From contig OX597814.1 of assembly GCA_951406725.2 (NCBI GenBank), positions 211,916,001 through 211,980,000 on the forward strand: a stretch of 64,000 bases of DNA. The letters are read 5' to 3'. Made by a program: the position numbers and the translations under genes. Below the pieces are notes generated by a model. It was not told where the DNA came from and did no database searches. It saw nothing but the letters and a program-made list of their open reading frames with translations. Origin of the DNA: Octopus vulgaris. Its lineage: Eukaryota. Shown here one piece after another: positions 42,498-52,989 of this stretch (position 1 is its first letter; the number at the start of each line of letters is the position of its first letter).

Positions 42498-43055
42498 ATT
42501 AATAAATATAAGGGTAGCAAAACATTTTTAGAAAAAATTCCCCGCTACCAGCGGTCTAGTGAGACAGATTAGATAGTCAAAGACTATATAATATACATTC
42601 AACATTATAAAGAATGGCCATAATAGGCCATTCGACTCACTAGAAAGAGCAACCAAACTCAAACCGCTACATAGTTGTAATTCTGAAATTGAAAGAGAAT
42701 TAAAAACATTTACCCCTTTCATCTCTGGACTATGCACAGTTTCGACAAACTTGTAAACAAATTAATTAAATAAAATTAAATTTATTTACAACTGGCGTGT
42801 CTCGTCAGCAGAGAAGCCGAGGACGAGGCGATGGTAAAGAAGCCTCCAGTCTATATGGTCTAAATTTTCAAAATCCACCGCCACCACGCGGTCTTCTCAG
42901 CAGCAAATATAAACTGCTAATTTAATTTCAAAATTAGCCAAAATATCATTAATTAATAAATATAAGGGTAGCAAAAAATTTCTAGAAAACCGGTTTGAGT
43001 TTGGCTGCTCTTTCTAGTAAGTCGAATGGCCTACTATGGCCATTCCTTATATTGT

Positions 43056-43057
<2 letters not shown>
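42498..43057 (-). mobile_element. Penelope-like non-autonomous element (direct plus inverted terminal repeat) in (TA)n
   Basis: attaataaatataagggtagcaaaa at 42498 and 42952; 42600-42666 inverted at 42991-43057. Confidence 0.8.
42722..42814 (-). ncRNA. Canonical type I hammerhead ribozyme with extended AT-rich stem II
   Basis: Minus strand: tctctg-CTGACGA-GACA...TGTC-GAAA-CTGTGCATAG-TC-cagaga. Confidence 0.88.
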
Positions 43058-43102
<45 letters not shown>

Positions 43103-44560
43103 GATCCAGTTCAATTAGGTACTTAAACTGAAACACCAAGTCAGTCCGCTCAGCTGAAAGTAAGGTAAATAAAATCAAAATAAGCAACAGGGTGTCAAGT
43201 CGTAAAGCACTACCAGTAAATACAAAGATTAAACAAACCACATAGGTTGCATATGTAGGATTGCTAATGTTTATGTACTACTTCTGCTTTTAATTTGTAA
43301 TTTAATATATGCATGCATACACACAAACACACATACACACATGCACATACATTATATGTGATTGTATTACCTGTGTGTGTGTGTGTGTGTGTGTGTGTCT
43401 GTGTGTCTGCGAGCAATTTCAGTGGAGGGTGTGTGACTATTACGTCGACTGTCGTCCCTAATGTTAAAATGGTACTTATATTTCCCTTTTCTTGTTATGA
43501 TTGTGTGTCTTGTGTTGTACGTAAAAACGTTATATCTCTATCCGTGTACATTCCAGGAATGTGCATTTGGGCTGAATACCTTAATGCTATGTCGCTTCAC
43601 ATCCTACTTTTGAGATACATAGACAAATATGCATACAGACACGCACGAACGCACGTGCGCACGCACATACGCACATATACACACACACACACACATGCAG
43701 ACAAAACACAGACACACATGTATACAAACATATACGCATACATTGATATTGCGGTCCCTCGTGTTTCTGAACAAGATGTCTTATTGCGTCGCTTCACTTT
43801 TTTCGTACATCCATGGTTCTGAATATACTTCTCTTGGCTTCAATATACAAATTTGTATATTGGTTTGGAGTCTGAATTAATAATGTATTTGAACTATCGG
43901 GTGTAATAACATTTGGTCCCGATATACTTACATTACTAAATCCTTGTCCTCACCTGTTTTTCGTATTCAATTCAATCACTTAGTATGGAATCCTAACGCT
44001 TCAAAAGCCACTAATGTGAGTGCAACTATTAAGAATATCAGCGAATTTGTGGAACCATTCTATCTACGCATATATTTAAAAGTGTATCCATTTATAGTTG
44101 GTGTTATCTTTATATAATTTATTTATAATGCTGTTCCATGTATTTGTTTTAGTTATCAACTGTGAATTGGAGAAAGGACGTACGCTGCATTATACTATGA
44201 GATAAAGAAATATTGAAACATAGACACATTGAATTTATTAATAAATCAAGTTGGTTCCATGCAAGATAGAATATATGGCACCGTAAGTATTACGTTCATA
44301 AAAACGGTGCATTAATTCACTCGATCCTCAACCTCTCTGCGATTATTGTTCCTTCATGCTGCGAGTAGCGTTCTATTACACGTTGACTGTTGTCAAGTTC
44401 AACTATTGTATTAGCCACGGGTATCAGGTTGACAAAACAAATATACATACTTTTGTAAGAAACATATGTTAGAAGAATCGAGGCTGAAAATATCTGATTA
44501 CAAAACTCGATATAATTATCCTAAATGTAATATGTGAAAATAATTTGCATATAAAGGGGT

Positions 44561-44860
44561 AAAGACCCCCTTCGGTCATGAATGACCATGGGATTGCACC
44601 TAGAAAGTTACCCTCCTAGACACAAGTCCGGGCAAGGTTGTTTATGGAAGACCAGCAGTCGCCCATGCATACCAGCCTCCCCTCTCCACGCCACCAGTGT
44701 TATCCAAGGGAAAGACAAACGTCGATACAGCTTGGCACTAGTGACGTCGCAACTCATTTCTACAGCTGAGTGAACTGGAGCAACGTGAAATAAAGTGCCT
44801 TGCTCAAGAACACAACACGCAGCCTCACGATCGTAAGCTCGACGCTCTAACCACTGAGCC
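44561..44860 (-). mobile_element. SINE family C
   Basis: Near-identical to 11930-12258 with a short internal deletion. Confidence 0.9.
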
Positions 44861-45387
44861 AAAACAACGTAGATTACTTGTAGAATGTATAAAGATGAAA
44901 AAGTGGATTAGTGAAACAACGCATGACGGAATAAGGTGAAAATACCAATGATCATCATATAGTTAACAATTACTAAGAATGAAATACCAACTAAATTAAC
45001 ACCTATGTATCAATTAAAGAGGGAGCAAATTTTACTTGGGTGGAGATTTTGTGTACATATCTAACATTAGGTTATTGAAGATACTAATCTCAAACAGCAG
45101 TTTTGAATATATTAATAACATACACATATCTAGGAATTCATATGATACTCTCTCGGTTATCATGCATATATCCAATTTTATGAATGGCTGACTAGGTTGA
45201 GTAATGATTTAAATTTCATGAGATATGAGATTTATGTTAATTGCTCTGAGATATACAGCGAAAGTTCACATATATGTACGTATGTTTATACGCGAATATC
45301 AATGGGATCTATAAACTGAAATACTAGCACAAACGCATACACACATACACACTACCACACATACATTGATATGCCACGTGATACCGT

Positions 45388-45418
<31 letters not shown>

Positions 45419-45421
<3 letters not shown>

Positions 45422-45637
45422 GGTCCCGGGTTGAGTCGGGGTTAACCACAGTAAATAAGGTACTCAATACATAGCAGAGTAAATTAATTTATTATATAGA
45501 AGGAGCTTCTACAGGACTATAACTTTTGAACCTGCCTAAATGTATAAATGCCAAAACAACTCTTGTCTACTAGCTTCCTGATGATTTCTTTTGAATGAAA
45601 CAGTTCTAGTCCTGTAGAAGCTCCTTCTATATAATAA

Positions 45638-45640
<3 letters not shown>
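45419..45640 (+). mobile_element. Penelope-like element (inverted terminus plus hammerhead-bearing segment) in (TA)n
   Basis: 45419-45519 is the reverse complement of the terminus at ~49303-49402; internal inverted repeat atagaaggagcttctacaggacta. Confidence 0.8.
45572..45622 (+). ncRNA. Type I hammerhead ribozyme motif
   Basis: agcttc-CTGATGA-t ttc tttt gaa t-GAAA-CAG ttctagtc CTG-TA-gaagct; U.U mismatch at the base of stem II. Confidence 0.7.
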
Positions 45641-45708
<68 letters not shown>

Positions 45709-46096
45709 TAACTATTAAGTCTTCTTTCATTCTCTCCCTTTGATGATTACATAAATATGTTTTTCTGAACAAATTAGGCTTATAAATTTGTGTTATTCCC
45801 GTATTGATATATTCTTAGGATATCACACATTCAGATACTTTTTCACGTATATCTAATTCATATTTTAGTCATAAATAGGAAACATCTGCTCACAATATTG
45901 CAGATTTCGTTGAAACTGCAAAATAGGTTATATGTATACATTATATGCGAAAATATATCTCCAAATGTGTATGCGTATGCACATACATGCGCGCTGGCAC
46001 ACATACACACACACACACATTCATATATATATATCGTTTATAAAGAAACATAAACCCGAAAGAAGACGTACACTCTGACATGTTGAGCAGTATATA

Positions 46097-46379
46097 TTAA
46101 AAATGGGAAAGGCCAGTTTATATACGATTACCATAGGATACCCGTCCATAAAGGTAATAGCTTCATGGCGTATTGTGAGATCCCCAAAACCTGTTCGCCC
46201 ATGATATCTTAAAAATATGGTGGTGGAAATTGCCTCATTACTCAAAGGTAACAAGTGGGGATTATCTCCCTTCGCTACTGACTATCGACTTCCGGCTATG
46301 CCAACAGGCTTTTCCTAGATGTGTCCTTTATGGACGGGAAACCAAGTTAATCCCATATACCGGCCTTCATCATTTTTAA
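46097..46379. mobile_element. Diverged inverted-repeat element (MITE-like)
   Basis: ttaaaaatg...ggcc...cccgtccataaagg versus cctttatggacggg...ggcc...catttttaa. Confidence 0.55.
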
Positions 46380-46394
46380 CAAACACACACACAA

Positions 46395-46457
<63 letters not shown>

Positions 46458-46793
46458 TATATATATATTATAGAAGGAGCTTCTACAGGACTAGAACTGT
46501 TTCATTCAGATGAAATCTTCATGAAGCTGGCTGTCAAAATAAGTTCTGGTATTTATGCATTTAGGCATATTTAATGGAGTGGTGGTGGGGGACGTTTTTG
46601 GGATAGGTTGGTATTTAGGAGATAAACAGGGCACAAGCTATTGTTCTTAGGGGAGTGGTCAAAAGGCCAGAGTGTTTTTTGAAATGAGAATAATCAGTGA
46701 GAAAATAAATAAATGAATACATATTTATATACATATGTATAAATATACTTATGTATAAATATGTATATACATACGTATATGTTTATGTATGTA

Positions 46794-48063
46794 CGAGGGG
46801 CGTTCAATAAGTAATGCCCCTGATCCACTTCCTCTAGCAGTAGAGCAACAAAACCTGGCACAGTTATTAGTCTTTGTCTACATAGGAAACACCCAGAGTT
46901 ACGCATTTCTCCCTTCGTTTGATGCAGCTCTGGAGACTATTTTTGTGGAAGACCCCAGCTTGGTCCTCCAACCACGACGTGACTTCAGAAATCAAGGCTG
47001 CATCATCTGGGAAATGCGTTACTTTCAAAAACAACTTCATGGCTGGGAAGCGGTGAAAATCAGAGGGTGCAAGGTCAGGAGAGTAGGGGTGGAGTGATCT
47101 GTGCTTCTGATCTGGCGACAAGCAGGTTGTGAACCGGAGCGTTGTCCTGCAGGAGGAGGATGCCATTGCTGATCTTGCCCCGCCTCTTGATTTTGATAGC
47201 TTCTCTTAATTTCCTCAAAAGTGAAGCATAATAGGCTCCTGTAATTGTGGTACCCTTTGCCAGGAAATCTGTCATCACTACTCCGTCCTGGTCCCAGAAG
47301 ACTGTGAGCATGACCTTGCCAGCGGAGGGCTGCACCCTTGCCTTTTGGAGGAGGTGAGTCACGGTGCTTCCACTGCATTGACTGGGCTTTGGTCTCTGGA
47401 TCATAGTGATGGACCCAGGTTTCATCCTGTGTAATCAGTCTTTTGAAAAATGTTGACTCATCTTCTTGGCACATCTCCAAATTCATCCTCGTGCACTCGA
47501 CGCGTTCTTGCTTCTGGAAAGGTGTGAGCAACCTGGGAATCCATCTTGCAGACACCTTTTGCATATCCAAATGGTCATGAATGATAGTTTCCACAGACCC
47601 GGTAATAATCTTGACCTCATGGGCTATTTGGCGAATAGTTATGCGTCGATCTTCCAAAATGGCAGCCTCAACTTGACGGACAGATGCCTCATCAATTGCA
47701 GAAGGGGGCGACCAGATTTGGGAGCTGTTTCCACAGAGTTCCGAACATGTTAAAATTCACGATGCCAGCGTTTTACAAGGTCATATGATGGGGCATCATC
47801 ACCATAAGTTACTTTCATTTCATCAAAAGTCTCCCGTGGTGTGCGTCCTTTCAAATACAAAAACCGGATCACTGCTCGACACTCAACAGGCTCCATTTCA
47901 TACTTGACTCAGTTCAAACACCTGTAAATCAGAAACCACAATTTGTCCAGAGCTTTAATTCGCCACTTCATCTATAGAGATATCAATAATTGCACATGCA
48001 AAATTTCAGCTAGATCAAACGACGGCAAGTGGGTCGGAGGCATTACTTATTGAACATCCCTCG
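46794..48063 (-). mobile_element. Full-length mariner (DD34D type) with TIRs and TA TSD; transposase disrupted
   Basis: TIRs cgaggggcgttcaataagtaatgcc / ggcattacttattgaacatccctcg; MEPVECRAVIRFLY start at ~47898; WIPRLL, TQDETW, QDNA, YSPDLAPSDF; stop and frameshifts. Confidence 0.95.
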
Positions 48064-48682
48064 TATATATATGCATATATGTGTATTTATATGTGTGTAT
48101 GTATGTATGTATATGTGTATATGTGTATATATATATATATGCATGTATGTATTTATGTATATATATGTGTGTGTGTATGTGTATGTATGTGTATATGCAT
48201 GTATATATTTATGTATGCGTATGTGTATTTATATATACATGTGTATTTGTATATAAATGTATGTGTGTATGCATGTATATTTGTGTATGGATGTATGTAT
48301 ATAGATATTTGGACATGTAGATTTATGTATGGGTATGTATATATGTGTATATGTGTAGATATGTATATGTATGTACGTGTATGTATGTGTATGTATGTGC
48401 TTGTATGTATATGTGTGTATGTATGTATACGCGTGTGTGTATTTATATATGCATATATGTATTTATATGCGTATATATACCCTATATATGCGTATATATA
48501 TTTATATACACATATGATTTTATATGTGCATATGTGTTTATATATGCGTGTATATATTTTTGTGTTTGTTTGTGTGTACATATGTATATTTATGTATGTG
48601 TTTATATATGCATAATTATGTATATGTTTATATGTGCCTAGGTATATTTATGTATGTATACTTATGTGTATTTGTATGTGTG

Positions 48683-48728
<46 letters not shown>

Positions 48729-48760
48729 TGTGTGTGTATGTAGGTGTGTGTATGTAAATG

Positions 48761-48807
<47 letters not shown>

Positions 48808-48925
48808 ATGTATATATATATGTATATATGTGTATGTATGTGTATGTACGTATATATATGTGCGTATGTATGTATACATATGTATATTCGCATGTGTATC
48901 TATGTGTGTTTGTATGTATATTTAT
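48064..48925. repeat. Degenerate TA/TG low-complexity tract
   Basis: Direct reading; source of many spurious ORFs. Confidence 0.97.
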
Positions 48926-49399
48926 TTCATGTTTTTTCATGTATATTTATCTATTTATTCCCTCCACCTAACAATAACAAACTGCCTACCTCTGCTTGAC
49001 CACCAAAAAGCAATTTTCTTCTAATTTACCTAAAAATCCCATTCCATATATCTGTTTCTATTCATCTATTTTATTTATTCATTTATTTATTTTCTCACTG
49101 ATTCTTCTCATTTCAAAAAACACTGTGGCCTTTTGACCACTCCCCTAAGAACAATAGCTTGTGCCCTGTTTATCTCCTAATTACCAACCTACCCAAAAAA
49201 CGTCCCCCTCCATCACTCCATTAAATCTGCCTAAATGCATAAATACCAGAACTTATTTTGACAGCCAGCTTCATGAAGATTTCATCTGAATGAAACAGTT
49301 CTAGTCCTGTAGAAGCTCCTTCTATAAAATAAATTACTTTACTCTGCTATGGATTGAGTACCTTATTTACTGTGGTTTACCCCGACTCAACCCGGGACC

Positions 49400-49461
<62 letters not shown>

Positions 49462-49464
<3 letters not shown>

Positions 49465-49800
49465 ACTGAATGATTGAGTATATAATGTATCCGAATAAGA
49501 GTCACTCTATAAAATATACAGCGGCGAAGTATTAATGCATTGAAGTTAATGTCTGGTCATAGAGTGACCAATGGTTTCGCATCAACGAATACTGCAGCTT
49601 TGTGGAGAGCTCATCAAACTCTATACAAAGGCAAATTTAACGCTTCATCCCCACTCCCGGAGGTGGAAAATTGTTACTATCAATTGATTTAAAGGCCATC
49701 AGAAAATGTTAGTCCCGGCGTTGTGGAAAAAATGTTGTCTCCCCTAGATAAGCCAATATTGGGGAATTGGGATGTTAATCAGCGTACAGGGAATCCCAAT
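49462..49800 (-). mobile_element. Short non-coding element in (TA)n with a hammerhead motif
   Basis: Unique sequence between TA tracts; contains the 49559-49624 motif. Confidence 0.55.
49559..49624 (-). ncRNA. Type I hammerhead motif with C3U substitution
   Basis: Minus strand: atagagt-TTGATGA-GC...GC-GAAA-CCATTGG-TC-actctat. Confidence 0.65.
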
Positions 49801-49815
49801 TATATATATATATAT

Positions 49816-50170
49816 AAAGTTAATCCAAACAAGAAAGCACAAAGAACACAACAACGCGAGGGCGTCGAACAAATATAGTGTTATTGGACGCTCAGGAAAG
49901 AAGGAAAGAAGGAGGGTTTAACGTTTCGAGCGGGGCTCTTCGTCGGAAACATAGGAGAAGGAAAGATCCAGAGAAGGGAAGACAGAGGAAAAGAAAATCG
50001 CCAACGGTACACACGAGGTCAGTGGTGAATGTCTGTGTAGGTGTAAGCGGTGGCGACACAAGTGGAAAAATGGAGGTAGAAGAAAGGTTAAAAAGGACGA
50101 GGAAAAAGTACAGGAAAAAATGGTAGAGTCACGGACAAATTTTTTTTTATTTCCAATCACGATTTCAGTT
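49816..50170 (-). mobile_element. Non-coding Penelope-like repeat (same family as 11724) with degenerate minimal hammerhead at 49916-49950
   Basis: Minus strand: gttt-CCGACGA-a-gagc-ccc-gctc-GAAA-cg-tt-aaac. Confidence 0.6.
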
Positions 50171-50183
50171 GCATATATATATA

Positions 50184-50295
50184 TTGGCCTGCTCGCTTAG
50201 CCAGCGGGTTGGCGTCATCCGAAGGCTAAAACAATGCGAACGCATTGTGACCAGCGATGTTTAGCAAAATCTGATGGTCTGGTCGGTCACGTGAT

Positions 50296-50303
<8 letters not shown>
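50184..50303 (+). mobile_element. Isolated alternative tail of SINE family B in (TA)n
   Basis: ttggcctgctcgcttagccagcgg...ggtcggtcacgtgatcacgtga. Confidence 0.8.
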
Positions 50304-50344
<41 letters not shown>

Positions 50345-50709
50345 GAGAGAAAGAGGGGGTGGAGAGAGATAGATAGATGGATAGATAGATAGATATTTAG
50401 ATAACATGGCTCATCAGCTGCAATAACATCAAGTTTCCTGAACGCATGAAGCAGCTCAGGTTCCTATCATTTGATGAGATGGATGTATCCTATTCTCTCA
50501 CAAAACTAAGTTATGTGTCGTAAAGCAAATCCACATCCTATCAAATTTGTTGAGTGTTATATTCATTTGTTCACGGACTCGTGTGTGTATCTGTATGAGT
50601 GCGTTTATGTGGAGAGATTTATAGCTGTCAGTTGCCAGACACGTCTATAATAATATCGTGATGCATATCTGTTTGTGTTCGTCGTTTTCTTGTTAGTTAA
50701 CGATTTAAC

Positions 50710-51345
50710 TCAAAACTGTAAACACTTTGCAGCAGCTATTCCTATATCGTAATATTGAGCGGAAGTGTACCTTATTTGAATAGCAAGTTTCATATTTAAT
50801 TTAGATGCCATGCAAATAGTGAAAATTTTAATCAAACAAGTAATGTAAATAATTAAACCATATATCAGAGAATGAAAATTAGTTTGCTTTTCTTTGATAT
50901 TGGCAGAAAGAAAAGCCAACTTTTAAGAAATAAACAGATATCAATCTACGTCATAAAAAGTTAATAAGAGGAAAATAAATATCCCTATGATCTGTACTAT
51001 GACGTATTACATTTTGTTAACAAATGTATAGTAACAAATTAATGAAAACCATATTAAATATTAGCAGGGAAAATTGCAAGGTATTTATTATAGAGAAGTA
51101 GGATGTTGCAGTTCCTAGGAGAACTGATGAAAAACTATTTTTTCCTTGAGTCGGTGGTTGAAAATAGCATCTTTGCAAGAAACATTCCGTATAATAATTG
51201 ATACGTATCATTGACCGAAATTCGGATAATGCCTTTGGCAAGGATTTCAGGAAATGAATTTTAGAGCAAGGTCACTAAATCTCTCTGATTTCTCTTGGAA
51301 AATTCTGCTTTTTATTCGGTTCAGTTAGTTTACAAAATTGGATAC
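50710..51345 (-). pseudogene. Decayed exon-like block with hydrophobic segments
   Basis: Strong acceptor (t)n cag|GTATCC at 51345; ORFs 51017-51241 and 50710-50919; several stops. Confidence 0.35.
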
Positions 51346-51759
51346 CTGAAAAAAAAAAAAAAGAACGACCAAATGGGCATATCAGGTGATGTGGTTCATT
51401 GCTTAGAAATCTTAGAAGGAACAATGGCAGGAAGAGCAACAGCAGTATCAGCTGCGAGTTTAAAAAACTGTGACAGTGACAACAATATTAACAGTTTTAA
51501 TAACCATAACACATTTCTCTCTCCCTATCCGCAACCATTTCTTCTTTCCTTTCTCCGCAGATTTCATATCTGACTCCATTATTATTACTGCTACGACTAC
51601 TACAACTTCTGCTACTACTACTACTGCTGCTGCTGCCTCTGCCACTACTTTGCAGCCGGCGAGGGGTCGATCGTTAATTGCATGGAATTATTATAATGCA
51701 AGCGCCTTAGCCGAGCAGATTGGAGCAATCGCTACAACCTCCGTGATGATGCGTATCTA

Positions 51760-52815
51760 CAGAGTGTCGCAAAATTAAAGGCAACCGAAGTTTCAGGTTT
51801 TACTAACAATAAATGTGATAAGATATGAAAATTATACATCATTATACATGCTTAGTGTGTCTTCATTTTGTTTCAGACTAAATAAATTAAGATTTATAAA
51901 TTAAGTAATGGCTATAGACCGTAATACAATCGTAGCCCTCGAAGAGTGAGCAAATTATGGTTATAGCAAGAAAGCTTAATGTTAATTGAACAACAATCTG
52001 GAAAATTGTCAAGGAATTTCAAGAGACTGGTCCCACCGCTGTTCAAAAAAGAAATGTGGGGTCCCCTCAGTTTAACAAAATACCAGAGAAAAGATACGGT
52101 GAAGCCTCATCGTTCTGTCAGAAAGATGGTTGCCACGGCTATAATACGCTGAAAACGATGTATCGCATGCTAAACGAGGCACACAGCACCCATCCATACC
52201 AGATGATCCACCGTCGTGCGCTCACGCAAGTTTATAAAGCTATGAAACAGGAGAGAAGACGTCTTATCCTGCATCATATTTTTGAAGGAACACCGCTCAA
52301 CCTGATGTTCACTGATGAAAAGAAATTCATCATCGAACCGACAGTTAACCACCAGAATGATTGGGTTTGGAGTGTATGTGGCTCCATCGAGGGTATACTC
52401 GTTAATTGAAGTCAAGCTCCGGCGGCTGTGGGAGCCACTGGAACGTCTCTCTTCGTTTTTGTACGCTCTAGTGTTATAATTAACCCCTAGCGATAGATTA
52501 GTAACATTCTAGAAGCTGAACGGCTTCCACGACCGAATAAGTACTTCCAAGGTGAACCTTGTAGCCTCCAACAAGACTCAGTACCATGCTACAGTTCCAA
52601 ATAAACACGACACTGGATTCAGATAAACATCTCGTCGTTGATAGGCAAGGAAATATGACCCTGAAGAAGCCCTGATCTCAACCCGTTGGATTTTTCTGTT
52701 GGTCTGTTTTGGAGACTGCTTTCTCGAGCACTCCTCATGCTTGGCTCGACACTCTGAAATCAAAACTCTGCCAGGAATGGGTTTCGATTCTGCAAGAAAA
52801 GCTGCTATGTCATGG
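51760..52815 (+). mobile_element. Decayed DD37D (maT-like) Tc1/mariner transposon, 3' end missing
   Basis: LMFTDEKKF...NHQNDW; QQD-(37 codons)-D ending SPDLNPLD; left TIR ta-cagagtgtcgcaaaa. Confidence 0.85.
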
Positions 52816-52989
52816 TGCAAATGATAGGGATTTTGTTTTCCCTTTTATTAATTGTCTATGGCGTAGATTGACATCTCTTTATTTCTTAACAGTTGACATT
52901 TCTTTCTACCAATATCAAAGAAATGCAAACAAATTATCAGTCTTAAATATATGATTTAATTATTTACATTACTTTTTTGCTTAAAATTA

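Larger units (their letters stand above)
46469..49402. mobile_element. Same Penelope-like family as 45419, as ~250-bp inverted arms (46469-46719; 49076-49326) split by a mariner and a low-complexity tract
   Basis: Arms are near reverse complements; both carry a hammerhead with core ATGAAGA (46478-46528 minus; 49267-49317 plus). Confidence 0.85.
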
